Of a stretch of DNA of 64,000 nucleotides, positions 9,367 to 18,701 are shown one piece after another. Made by a program: the position numbers and the translations under genes. Below the pieces are notes generated by a model. It saw only the letters and a list, made by a program, of their open reading frames with translations. It was not told where the DNA came from and did no database searches. Every line of letters begins with the position of its first letter. Position 1 is the first letter of the stretch. Origin of the DNA: an uncultured Planctomycetaceae bacterium (GTDB lineage: Bacteria; Planctomycetota; Planctomycetia; Isosphaerales; Isosphaeraceae); contig CAWIAD010000001.1 of NCBI GenBank assembly GCA_963833985.1, positions 2,208,001 through 2,272,000 of the forward strand. The letters run 5' to 3'.

Positions 9367-10668
9367 TCAAGGAGAACGAGCAGGCTCCGGCTTCCCGGCC
9401 GGGCTCCGGCCGCTGGCCAGCCGCGCAATCCGCCGGTAGCGCTGGCGTGCCCACGCGGTCCACTCGGCACGCAGCCAGGCGCGAAACCTCGGCTCGCGCA
9501 CCAGTCGGCCGTCTTCCGCGGAGGCAAGCTGCTCCAGCAAGGCCTCATCGATGGGCCGGGCCGGCTGGAGCCAGCTCTGCACCAGCCAGAGGCGAACCTG
9601 GGGATCGGGAACGATCTGCCGGGTCAGCTCCTGCAACAGGCCGAGTGCGGATTCACCGCCCTGCGCCTGTAACTTGCCAATCGATGCCGGCGGCCAGGGG
9701 GGCGGCTCCGTGAGCCAGCCGCGGATGCGAGCCACGGCGGCGTCATCCGCTCGCGGCATCGCCTTGCTGGCGATCAGCAACTCGTCGCGGGCATCCACCA
9801 GTACGGAGCCCAGCAGGTCGGCCAGCAGGTCGTTCCGCCCGGGATCGATATCCGAAGCCTCCTCCTGGAGCCCGGCACCATGGTGCTCGACCAGAAAGCT
9901 CAGGAACAAGCGCGCTTGCCGCCCGTGGCGGCTTCCGCGCAGCACGGCCGCCCCCTCGCGGAAAGGAACGGCGGGAGCCGCGGAACCGAGGGGATCGGGT
10001 GGAACCGCCGCCGTGACGGCAAGGCCCTGCTGGGCCTCACCGCGCTGGAGTGCGGCCGCGGCACTTCCGCTTTGCCAGCCGGTCGGACAGGACGCCCGCG
10101 CTGCCAGCTCCACCAGCCGGGCGTAGCCGTCGCTCCACTTGCCCTGGCGCAGCTCCGCCGAAAACCAGGCCAGCGTGGGTGGGTCGACGCGGGGATCGTC
10201 CAACGCGAGGACATCGTGTCCGGTCGCGCCGGCCGGTCCCGGCGTCGCCTGCCGCCAGACGCCGCTCACCCAGCCCCTCGAGCCCGATCCGTCGACCGGC
10301 TCCAGCCGTCCCTCCCGGTCCAGCCGCAGGTACTCCGTGACCGGTCCGCCCAGCACGACGTCTACCGGCAGGACCCGATTGCAGACGCGGCCCAGACGCG
10401 TGCCCGGTGTGACGTCGATCCAGACGATCTTCACCGGTTTCGGGCCCGTGCTCCGGCTCTGGAACTCACGTTCCAGCGTCTGCTGTGCTGGCCGGGCCCA
10501 GGTGGTGGCGATCCGCAAGACGTCCACATCGGGACCTGCGAGGACGGACTCGACGACCTGCGACGCGAGGCCCGCGCCCCGGTCGCCTCCGCACCCGGCG
10601 ATGCCCAGCAGGCAAGTCAACAGAAACGGTGCAAGGTCGATGGCACGCCGAGAGATGCCTGCCGTCAT
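9367..10668 (-). CDS. Putative ABC substrate-binding lipoprotein
   Basis: Lipobox LLGIAG-C; DVVLGG and DDPRVDP segments resemble Fe3+-type binding proteins; directly upstream of the ATPase. Confidence 0.6.
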   Translation of the reverse strand: MTAGISRRAIDLAPFLLTCLLGIAGCGGDRGAGLASQVVESVLAGPDVDVLRIATTWARPAQQTLEREFQSRSTGPKPVKIVWIDVTPGTRLGRVCNRVLPVDVVLGGPVTEYLRLDREGRLEPVDGSGSRGWVSGVWRQATPGPAGATGHDVLALDDPRVDPPTLAWFSAELRQGKWSDGYARLVELAARASCPTGWQSGSAAAALQRGEAQQGLAVTAAVPPDPLGSAAPAVPFREGAAVLRGSRHGRQARLFLSFLVEHHGAGLQEEASDIDPGRNDLLADLLGSVLVDARDELLIASKAMPRADDAAVARIRGWLTEPPPWPPASIGKLQAQGGESALGLLQELTRQIVPDPQVRLWLVQSWLQPARPIDEALLEQLASAEDGRLVREPRFRAWLRAEWTAWARQRYRRIARLASGRSPAGKPEPARSP

Positions 10669-10739
10669 GGGGAGCTCCCGCTTCAACCGGGTCGAAGGCC
10701 GGGCCTGCGATTGGCTAAATAGATCCTCGCCTCTTGGAA

Positions 10740-10793
10740 TGTGGGCCAGCCGCCCTCGGCTGGCTCAGGACGGCCGAGGGCGGCCGTTCCACA
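10740..10793. repeat. REP-like palindrome
   Basis: GCCGCCCTCGGCTG / CGGCCGAGGGCGGC 14-bp stem bracketed by TGTGG...CCACA, intergenic. Confidence 0.6.
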
Positions 10794-10816
10794 CTTTCCC
10801 TCTTACGGGGAGCTAT

Positions 10817-12772
10817 TTAGTTCCTCGGCCGGGCCGCCGAGCCGCCAAGCTCGGCGTGCAGGCTGACCACGGCCCCATCGCGGCGCACGACCACATCCAC
10901 CTTGTCACCCGGCTTGTAGCCTCTGAGGCTTTCCATGTAGTCGTAGATCGTCGCGATGGGCTTGCCGCCGATGCGGATGATCGTGTCGCCGCCCTTGAGC
11001 CCGGCCTTCGCCGCGGGACCGCCCTCGCGCACGCCGTTGATTTTCATGCCGGCCTTGGCCTCGTCGGCATAGTCGGGCATGACCCCCAGGGTCACAGCCA
11101 TCCCGGCCGAGGCCGATGCCGAGGCTGGCTGACCTGCGCGGGTGTTCCGCCCCGGAACGGCCAGCCGCGTGAACGCGGGACGCTCGGGCCGGCGCACCAG
11201 GTCAAGCACGATCAGCTCCATGTAGTCCGCAATCCGCGCCATGCCCGCGTAGTTGATCTTGTCCGAATCGTCGCTGGGGCGATGGTAGTCGGAGTGAATG
11301 CCCGTGAAGGCGAAGAGCACCGGAATGCCGTGGCCGTAGAAGGATTGATGATCGCTGCCGCCGAAGCCGTCGGTCATGCCCGCCACCTTCTTGATGACCA
11401 GGCCTGTGGATTTGCCCAGGACCTCGACCAGGGGGTCGATCCCCGGACTGGTCCCCGTGCCGATCATGGTCAGCTCGTTCTTGCCGTTGAGCCGGCCGAT
11501 CATGTCGAAATTGACCATCATCACCGTGGTGGCAAGGGGGTAGAGCGGGTGCTCCACGTAATACTGAGAGCCAAGCAGCCCACGCTCCTCGCCGGAGAAC
11601 GCCATGAAGACGACCCGGCGGGGGAGCGGATCGCGCCGGGCCGCCAGCCGCCGCGCGATTTCCAGCACCATCGCCGTTCCCGAGGCATTGTCGTCGGCAC
11701 CGTTGTGAATTTCGGATGAGAGGAATGCCAGCGATCCAGACAGGAGCCCGCCGCGGCCAAGGTGGTCATAATGCCCGCCGATGATGACGGTCTCGTCCGC
11801 CGTGGGGCCGGAACCCTCGAGCACGCCGATCACGTTCTCGGTCTCCACCGAGGGACGGTCGATGGCCAGCTTCGCGTCCAGGCTCACCCCCTCGAGCAAT
11901 CGCGACCGCGGCTTCAGGTCGGCATCAATCTGCTTTTCCAGCTCGGCGAGGCCCGGCGCGCCAGCGGCGGAGAGGACCTCGTCCGCGAAATGACGCGACA
12001 CCATCGCGAAGGGGAGGGCGGTGATCACCTCGGGACCCGCCGCGGCCAGTCCCAGAACCCGGTCCTCCTCACCGCGCAGCCCCGCCAGGTCGTTCACCAG
12101 CAGCACCACCGCTGCGCCGTGCTGGAAGGCGTTGGTCGCCTTGTGCCGGAAGGTGGCGTAGTCGCTCGTCCGCTTGCCGGCGAAGGGGCTGTCGTCGCGG
12201 TCCTGCTGAGGTTCACGGCGGATGATCAGCACGGCCTTGCCGCGCACGTCCATCCCGGCGTAATCGTCATAATCGAGCTGCAAGGCGCTGTCCTTCGCCG
12301 TGATGCCGTAGCCGGCGAAGACGATGGGCATCTGCTCCGCCGAGCCGCTGGAGCCGATTGCCAGCGGACTGAACTCGGTTTTCAGCTCCGCCGTCAACAC
12401 CCTACCGCCAGGGGCACGGACGGCCAGCTCCTGGGGCTTGCCCAGGGTGGGCCGGCCGGAAAGCTTGAACTTCTGGAAGTAATTGTCGGCTCCCGGCGCC
12501 GGCTTGAGTCCCAGCTTCTGAAAGGTCGTGGCGATGTACTGTGCCGAGTCCTCGATGCCCTTGCTCCCCGGCGCTCGTCCCTCGCGGGCATCCGCTGCCA
12601 GGAACGTCACGTCGGCGCGCAACCGCTGCTCGGCCGGTGCCAGCGCGGACGTCACCCGATGAGCAGTCGTGTCCGACCCCCGGTCGTCCGCATGGAGCGC
12701 GGCCTGAAACGTCAGCCAGCAGGCCACGGCGCAGCTCAGCAGGCGTCCCGCGAACAGCCCGGCTCTCCTCAT
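10817..12772 (-). CDS. M28 family aminopeptidase with PA and PDZ domains
   Basis: GGHYDHLG, NGADDNASG, FSGEERGLLGS, NFDMIGR, GSDH, YHRPSD; C-terminal PDZ (LGVMPD...GPAAKAGLKGGD). Confidence 0.93.
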   Translation of the reverse strand: MRRAGLFAGRLLSCAVACWLTFQAALHADDRGSDTTAHRVTSALAPAEQRLRADVTFLAADAREGRAPGSKGIEDSAQYIATTFQKLGLKPAPGADNYFQKFKLSGRPTLGKPQELAVRAPGGRVLTAELKTEFSPLAIGSSGSAEQMPIVFAGYGITAKDSALQLDYDDYAGMDVRGKAVLIIRREPQQDRDDSPFAGKRTSDYATFRHKATNAFQHGAAVVLLVNDLAGLRGEEDRVLGLAAAGPEVITALPFAMVSRHFADEVLSAAGAPGLAELEKQIDADLKPRSRLLEGVSLDAKLAIDRPSVETENVIGVLEGSGPTADETVIIGGHYDHLGRGGLLSGSLAFLSSEIHNGADDNASGTAMVLEIARRLAARRDPLPRRVVFMAFSGEERGLLGSQYYVEHPLYPLATTVMMVNFDMIGRLNGKNELTMIGTGTSPGIDPLVEVLGKSTGLVIKKVAGMTDGFGGSDHQSFYGHGIPVLFAFTGIHSDYHRPSDDSDKINYAGMARIADYMELIVLDLVRRPERPAFTRLAVPGRNTRAGQPASASASAGMAVTLGVMPDYADEAKAGMKINGVREGGPAAKAGLKGGDTIIRIGGKPIATIYDYMESLRGYKPGDKVDVVVRRDGAVVSLHAELGGSAARPRN

Positions 12773-12800
12773 CGTCTTGCTTTCGCTTTCCCACACGCGG

Positions 12801-12890
12801 CAGCGCATCCCAGAAGTCCTTTCGTCGCAAGTCCAGGTCATCTCGAGCGACTTGATTCTCAAGTGTGGCCGCGAGATCGTCAAGCGCGGC
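12801..12890 (+). repeat. Direct repeat copy 1 (~90 bp)
   Basis: Matches 14684-14772 with 5 substitutions and 1 indel by manual alignment. Confidence 0.92.
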
Positions 12891-13375
12891 TGATTGCAGG
12901 CCGGGGGTGATTTCTTGCGGTGAGCCATCTCCATCACCGGCCCTCAGTCACGCGCTTCTGGCCGCCTTCCTCCCTCGTCGGAATTGGGTCCGTTCGCTCT
13001 CGCCGCGGGACCAAGGTACCGAACTTAACTCCTTGTCAAACTGAAACTTATAATGTTATTCTGGATTGGCTTCGTTCGGCCGCTTGCTCGCGTGAGTCGC
13101 TGGCGAATCGCGTCCCGCTGTGCCGCCAGCCGGACCGACCGCACCCGCTGCCCGAGGTCATGGGCCGTGCGCTCGTGTGCACCGTCGATCCCATTACCAG
13201 GCAGCTTCCGCACGGTGTCGTCCTCCTTCAGTTTACGGCCGGACGGCCCGGCGCCTGCGAACTTCCTGGCCGCTGGCTTTTCTTCCGATGGCGAAGTCAG
13301 GACTTCTTGCCCGTGCGGCGCCGCCGTGAACCTCGCGCTGACCCTGCAGCGGCTCTTCTCGATTCGTGCAAGATC

Positions 13376-13428
13376 GTTCGCGTTTTGCGAACTTCCGCCT
13401 TGACCGTTCGTGATCTGCGAACGAGAAT
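13376..13428 (+). promoter_or_regulatory. higBA promoter with two palindromic operators
   Basis: TTGACC(13400)-17 bp-GAGAAT(13423); GTTCG-N7-CGAAC at 13376-13392 and 13406-13422. Confidence 0.7.
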
Positions 13429-13458
13429 ACTGTCTGATGGCAAAACCAGGAGTCGCGG

Positions 13459-13842
13459 ATGCGAGTTGTCTCCAAGGCTCGTCTGAAGCAGTTCTGGGAG
13501 TCTCCGGGTCACGAGGATGCCAGAGGACCGCTCCGGGCGTGGTATACGCACGTCAACAGCAAGACGATCTCGTGGCAATCTTGGGGAGATGTGAAAGCCT
13601 CATTCGCAAGTGCAAGGATTATAGGCGACTGCATCGTCTTCAATATCGGCGGCAACAAGTACCGGCTGATAAGCCGCATTCACTACGCGACCCAGAAGGT
13701 GTATGTCCTGAAGGTGATGACTCACGGCGAATACGACGAAGACAGGTGGAAGGGCGAATGTGGGTGTTTTGAGACACTTCCACCATCGCAGAGCAAGAAG
13801 ACAGTCCCGACCAGGCCGCCCACTACAAGGAAACGACCATGA
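13459..13842 (+). CDS. higB: HigB family toxin (RelE-like mRNA interferase)
   Basis: MRVVSKARLKQFWE, VFNIGGNKYRLI, VMTHGEYD; AGGAG RBS; toxin-first gene order. Confidence 0.92.
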   Translation: MRVVSKARLKQFWESPGHEDARGPLRAWYTHVNSKTISWQSWGDVKASFASARIIGDCIVFNIGGNKYRLISRIHYATQKVYVLKVMTHGEYDEDRWKGECGCFETLPPSQSKKTVPTRPPTTRKRP

Positions 13843-14270
13843 CGGCAAACACGAAGTTCAGTCTCAAGGGGGCAGGGCGTGACGTGTACCTCAAGCTTGT
13901 GACGGCCTTTCCACTTGCTTCGATCAAGTCGGACGAGCAGCTTCAAGAATCGCAGAAAGTCATGGACCAGCTTCTTGCGCGAGGCGAGCTCAAGGTTGGA
14001 GAGGAAATGTACCTCGACGCGCTCAGCGACCTCGTTGCCGCATACGAGGACGAACACGACCCGATCGAGCCTGCTTCGGACGCTGACATGCTGCGCCATT
14101 TGATGGAAGCCAAGGGCGTGACACAGGCGCAGCTCAGCAGGGACACGATGGTCCCCAAGTCCACGATCTCCGAGATCCTCGCGGGGAAGAAGCATCTGAG
14201 CCGCCAGATGATTCGTAAGTTCGCGGACTATTTCCAGGTGGACGTGAGCTTACTCGCCGCCAACTTTTGA
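13839..14270 (+). CDS. higA: HigA family antitoxin, XRE HTH
   Basis: LSDLVAAYEDEH, LRHLMEAKGVTQAQL...STISEILAGK; ATGA overlap with the toxin stop. Confidence 0.92.
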   Translation: MTANTKFSLKGAGRDVYLKLVTAFPLASIKSDEQLQESQKVMDQLLARGELKVGEEMYLDALSDLVAAYEDEHDPIEPASDADMLRHLMEAKGVTQAQLSRDTMVPKSTISEILAGKKHLSRQMIRKFADYFQVDVSLLAANF

Positions 14271-14683
14271 CATCGGACTGGCGCAGCTTGCGCTGGGTGT
14301 AAAGGGCTTCCAGGTCATCAGAGAAGGGAAAAGAAGGGAAATGGGCCAAGGAAGGGAAAGGGACCATCACTGAATAGCTATCTTCTGCGCCACAAACATT
14401 CGATATTAGTGATATCCCATTTTTCTGATCCGTTTTTCTGATCCCCGACCGCCCGCTGGGCAACCCAATCTGGACCCTGGCGACGACCAGAGACCTCGGA
14501 TTGGCATACAGCCTCCACCCGCGCGGAAGACCGCGAAAGCCTACCGGGCCCTGAGTCCGAGCCTGAGACGGCCCGACCCGATCCGCAGTGTCGTCCAGTC
14601 GAGAATAAACAGGATCGGAGCGGTAATCCCCTTAATCCCTATATCGCCTCGAAAATGAGCAGTGGCCCCTTACCGCCCCCCGA

Positions 14684-14772
14684 CAGCACATGCCAGAAGC
14701 CCTTTCGTCGCAAGTCCAGGTCATCTCGTGCGCTTGATTCTCAAGTGTGGCCGCGAGATCGTCAAGCGCAGC
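14684..14772 (+). repeat. Direct repeat copy 2
   Basis: Matches 12801-12890. Confidence 0.92.
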
Positions 14773-14889
14773 GCGAAGGACCAGCATGCCTCTTTCTGCG
14801 CCGGCGCGTTGCACGGATCACCACGATTTGATAAGCTTTCTGCGGCAATCTGACACTTGTCTTTGTCTCGTGCCCTGGGGAATCGAGCC

Positions 14890-16209
14890 ATGATCCGCGC
14901 CCGCTGGATGAATCGAGTGCTCGTACGAAGCTTGCTGGCCGTGCTGGCCCTGCTGGCGCCGGCGCCCGGATCGCCGGTCTGGGCCCAGGGCGAGGTGAGC
15001 GACGCGGCGCTGCGGGACCGGGTGCTCCAGCTTCTGGAGCGGCTCGACGACCCCAAGCCGGAATCGCGCGATTCGGCCGAAACGCGTCTCATCAACCTGG
15101 GCCCGAGGATCTTGCCCCTGCTGCCCGACGCCGCAGGCGTTGCCGGCAACGACCGCAAGGAGCGGCTGGAGCGCATCCGCGCCGCACTGCGGAAAGCTCA
15201 GGAGGATGTGGGAACCGGTCCCAGCAAGGTGACCATCCAGGCCAAAGGAATCCGTCTTTCCGAAGCACTCGGCCTGCTCCAGAAGCAGACCGGCAACGGC
15301 GTCAGCGACATCCGCGAGCAACTTGGCGGTGAGACCACCAATCCCGCCTTCGACCTGAGCATCAAGGACCTGCCGTTTCTTGAGGCGCTCGACCGCGTCG
15401 CCCGCGCCGGCGAGGTCGCGCTCAACGCGTTCACCGGCGACGGCACGATCGGCATCACGGCGGGGACGATCCCGAAAGAGGCGCTCATCCAGTACAAGGG
15501 GCCTTTTCGCATCGCCTTCAAACAGCTCTCCGAGCTCCGCGACCTGCAAACGGGTATGACGACAGCGAACGCGCAGCTTGAAGTTGGCTGGGAGCCCCGG
15601 CTGCGCCCCATGCTCTTGACGCTCAAGGCGGACGGCGTGCAGGTGCGGGACGACAGGAACCGCGAGATCAAGCCGCAGACCATGATGGAGTCCAATGAGG
15701 TGGTGCTTCGCCCGGAGAACCCCGCGGCCGAGATCAACCTGAATCTCGAGGCGCCCGATCGCTCGGCCGTGAAGCTCGCGCGTGTCCAGGTGAAGGCTGA
15801 GGTCACCCTGCCGGCCGGCATCAAGACCTTCCGGTTCCCCAGCCTGGCCCAGCCGAACGTCACCCAGACCCAGGGCGACGTGAGCGTGACGCTCCAGAAC
15901 ATGGAAGTGGACGAGCAGGTGTGGAAGGTGAACGTCGAATTGACCTATCCGGCGGACGGCCCGGCGTTCGAGAGCTACCGCCAGGGCCTGTTCAACAACC
16001 GGATCTGGTTGCAGAGGGCCGACGGCTCGAAGTTCGACCACAACGGCGGCTTTTCCAACACCAGCTCCGATGGCGGCAAGCTCGGTTTTGAGTACCTGTT
16101 CGTGGACGCCCCCGGCAAGCCGGCCGATTACCAGCTCGTCTACGAGACCCCCAGCAAGGTGGTCACCATCCCGCTCGAATTCGAGTTCAAGGACGTGCCC
16201 CTGCCGTGA
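14890..16209 (+). CDS. Secreted hypothetical protein
   Basis: Signal peptide ending VWA-Q; strong high-GC3 codon usage. Confidence 0.8.
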   Translation: MIRARWMNRVLVRSLLAVLALLAPAPGSPVWAQGEVSDAALRDRVLQLLERLDDPKPESRDSAETRLINLGPRILPLLPDAAGVAGNDRKERLERIRAALRKAQEDVGTGPSKVTIQAKGIRLSEALGLLQKQTGNGVSDIREQLGGETTNPAFDLSIKDLPFLEALDRVARAGEVALNAFTGDGTIGITAGTIPKEALIQYKGPFRIAFKQLSELRDLQTGMTTANAQLEVGWEPRLRPMLLTLKADGVQVRDDRNREIKPQTMMESNEVVLRPENPAAEINLNLEAPDRSAVKLARVQVKAEVTLPAGIKTFRFPSLAQPNVTQTQGDVSVTLQNMEVDEQVWKVNVELTYPADGPAFESYRQGLFNNRIWLQRADGSKFDHNGGFSNTSSDGGKLGFEYLFVDAPGKPADYQLVYETPSKVVTIPLEFEFKDVPLP

Positions 16210-16271
16210 GGCAGGAGAACTCGCGGGCCAGATGAGCCGCCGGCCGGTCTGTACCATACATCCCGCCCCGT

Positions 16272-17453
16272 CTATGCACTCGAGCCCGCGGCAAGAGGTG
16301 CCTGGGGAGCGGCCATGAGGGCGGTGCGCACGCGGTTCTCGAATGTCGTGTCCTCGGAGAGCGCCTTGAGGAAGTCGTCCTTGTGCAGCACGTACAGCTC
16401 CATTTCCGTGCGCGCCACGACCGTCAGGCGAATGGGCCGCTTGAAGTAGGCCGTGATCATGCCGAAGCTCTCGCCAAAGCAGAGCTCCTCGACGAAGGCG
16501 CCGTCGGCAAAGCCGTCGGCGATGCCGGAGCCCACGACATAAAAGCGGTCGCCTTCTTCACCCTCGCGGACGATTGTTTCGCCCGGTAAGCGCGTCTCCA
16601 CGGTCATGCGGCTGGCGATCCGCGAGAGCGTCCCCTCACCGAGCCCCTTGAGCGCTTCCAGCTCGGCCAGGGCACGGCAGATGCGTACGGCAATGCGGGT
16701 GAGCGAGTTGGTCACGATCCGGCCGGCGACCATGTTCACGATGCGATCGGCATGGTCGATCACGCGCTGATCGTGCGTGACCAGGAGGACCGTGGTCCTG
16801 AGCGGCCCGTCGGCCATGCGCCGCAAGACCTCGAGTACCGTCTTGCTGGACTCGGCGTCGAGCGAGGCCGTCGGCTCGTCGGCAAGCACCAGAGCCGGCT
16901 CATTCACCAGGGCGCGCGCGATGGCCACGCGCTGCTTCTGGCCGCCGGAGAGCTCCGCCGGGCGATGAGCGATACGATCGCCGAGCCCGAGCCTCTCCAG
17001 CATCGCCGCGCAGCGCCGGTTCATCTCGGTCACGCTGCCAGGCCGCAGGGCCGTCGCCATGCGTACGTTCTCGATCGCCGATAGCGAGCTGAACAGGTTG
17101 TGCTGCTGAAAGATGAAGCCGATATTCTTGCGTAGCTCCACCTGCTGGCCCGCCGTCGCGCGGGAGAGATCGCGGCCCAGGACTTCCAGGCGTCCTTCCT
17201 GCATGCCGCGGAGCGCGCCGATGAGAGTGAGCAAGGTGGACTTGCCCGAGCCGGACGGTCCGGTCATGATCACGACCTCGCCACGGCTGATCTCCAGGGT
17301 GTTGTCGAAGAGCACCTGGGTGCGGGTCTCGCCCTTGCCATAGGCGTAGTTCACATGGACGGCGCGGATCACCACGTCGGCCCGGGCCGGCTGCATCACG
17401 GCCACGGAGGTGAGCGTGGAAAACGTCCCGGTCTCGCTGACGGCGGCACTCAA
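16272..17453 (-). CDS. DevA/LolD-like ABC ATPase with C-terminal cNMP-binding-like domain
   Basis: TTG start with [54 protein letters not shown]. Confidence 0.88.
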   Translation of the reverse strand: MSAAVSETGTFSTLTSVAVMQPARADVVIRAVHVNYAYGKGETRTQVLFDNTLEISRGEVVIMTGPSGSGKSTLLTLIGALRGMQEGRLEVLGRDLSRATAGQQVELRKNIGFIFQQHNLFSSLSAIENVRMATALRPGSVTEMNRRCAAMLERLGLGDRIAHRPAELSGGQKQRVAIARALVNEPALVLADEPTASLDAESSKTVLEVLRRMADGPLRTTVLLVTHDQRVIDHADRIVNMVAGRIVTNSLTRIAVRICRALAELEALKGLGEGTLSRIASRMTVETRLPGETIVREGEEGDRFYVVGSGIADGFADGAFVEELCFGESFGMITAYFKRPIRLTVVARTEMELYVLHKDDFLKALSEDTTFENRVRTALMAAPQAPLAAGSSA

Positions 17454-17470
17454 GCGGGGTCTCCTTTCAG

Positions 17471-18700
17471 TCAGGCGAAGAGCTGGGCAGGATCCACGGA
17501 CAGCAGCTTCCGTGCCGCGTAGGCGGCGGAGAGCACGCACATCACCACGGCCAGCGCCAGGATGGCCAGCGGATCGTTCCGCGATAGGTCCAGGGGCAAG
17601 CCGGTCGCCTCGTGCACCCACCCGAAGAGCAGGACGCTCACGATCAGGCCCGCCGCGTAACCCAGAAGCGCCAGGTAGACACCCTGCATCACCACCACGC
17701 GGAAGAGGCGAAAGTTCGAGTATCCCATCGCCTTGAGCGTGGCGAACTCGCCGAGCCGGTCGCTGATGTCCGAGAACAGCACCTGGTAGCAGATCACGCA
17801 GCCGACAATGAATCCCATGACCACGCCGATGAAGAACACCGTGCCGATCGGCGCCACCTTGTCCCAGAAGTCGCGCTCCCTGGCGATGAACTCCTCGAGC
17901 GTGAGCACGCGCACGTCGTCCGGCAGGGCAGCCCGCAGCGCTCCGCAAACGGAGGCGATGTCGGCACCGGGGCGAACCCTGAGCACGCCGATCGTCACCC
18001 TCTGGTCCCCCTCTTCGCGGCCGGCAAGATCCGGGAAGATCCGCAGCAGGTTGCGATCGCTCATGATCAGGTTGCCATTGGACTGTGAGTTGATCCCCAG
18101 CTTGAACAGGCCAATGATCCGGATGGTGTGGCCCGAGAGCTCGGAGACCTGCCCCGCGGCAAACTCGCCGAACCGCGAAGACCGCGAAAGCGCATCGGCG
18201 AGCGCCGTGTCGGGCTCGCCCAGCCGCACCCGATTCTGCTTCACCTCGTCGAGATTCAGGACGTCATCGCCGGGGGCGACGCCAATCACGCAGATGCGGT
18301 CGAGCGAGCCATCGGAAGGCTGCCGCCAGTAGCCGAATCGCGTGACCACGTAGACCGGGCTGGCGTCCACCACGTCCGGAACGCCCTTGGCCTGGATCAT
18401 GCGGCGAAGCGGGAAGTTATAGGGAATGGCCAGAGTGTAGAGGGTACGGCCGAGAATCACGATCTGGCCGTCGAGGCGCTCGATCACGTTCACCATGCTG
18501 TCCAGCATGGCGTGGCGAAAGCCGTTTTCCATGAACATGAGCGTGACCGCGAAGGCCGTACCCGCCACCGAGGCCAGCAGCCTGCGCTTGTTCTCCGTCA
18601 GGTTGCGCCAGGCCAGCGGGATGATCGATCGGGGACGCGGCACGCTTCCGTTCCTCACCCTTCCGTTTCGTTTCGAGAAACGCCGGCCCGTGCCGGACAT
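17471..18700 (-). CDS. DevC/FtsX-like ABC permease
   Basis: PLAWRNL, FAVTLMFM, YQVLFSDI...EFATLKAMGY, DPAQLF. Confidence 0.9.
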   Translation of the reverse strand: MSGTGRRFSKRNGRVRNGSVPRPRSIIPLAWRNLTENKRRLLASVAGTAFAVTLMFMENGFRHAMLDSMVNVIERLDGQIVILGRTLYTLAIPYNFPLRRMIQAKGVPDVVDASPVYVVTRFGYWRQPSDGSLDRICVIGVAPGDDVLNLDEVKQNRVRLGEPDTALADALSRSSRFGEFAAGQVSELSGHTIRIIGLFKLGINSQSNGNLIMSDRNLLRIFPDLAGREEGDQRVTIGVLRVRPGADIASVCGALRAALPDDVRVLTLEEFIARERDFWDKVAPIGTVFFIGVVMGFIVGCVICYQVLFSDISDRLGEFATLKAMGYSNFRLFRVVVMQGVYLALLGYAAGLIVSVLLFGWVHEATGLPLDLSRNDPLAILALAVVMCVLSAAYAARKLLSVDPAQLFA

Positions 18701-18701
18701 C

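Noticed and set aside
12920..13403. ORFs inside the islet upstream of higB
   Set aside because: No RBS, recognisable motif or convincing codon pattern.
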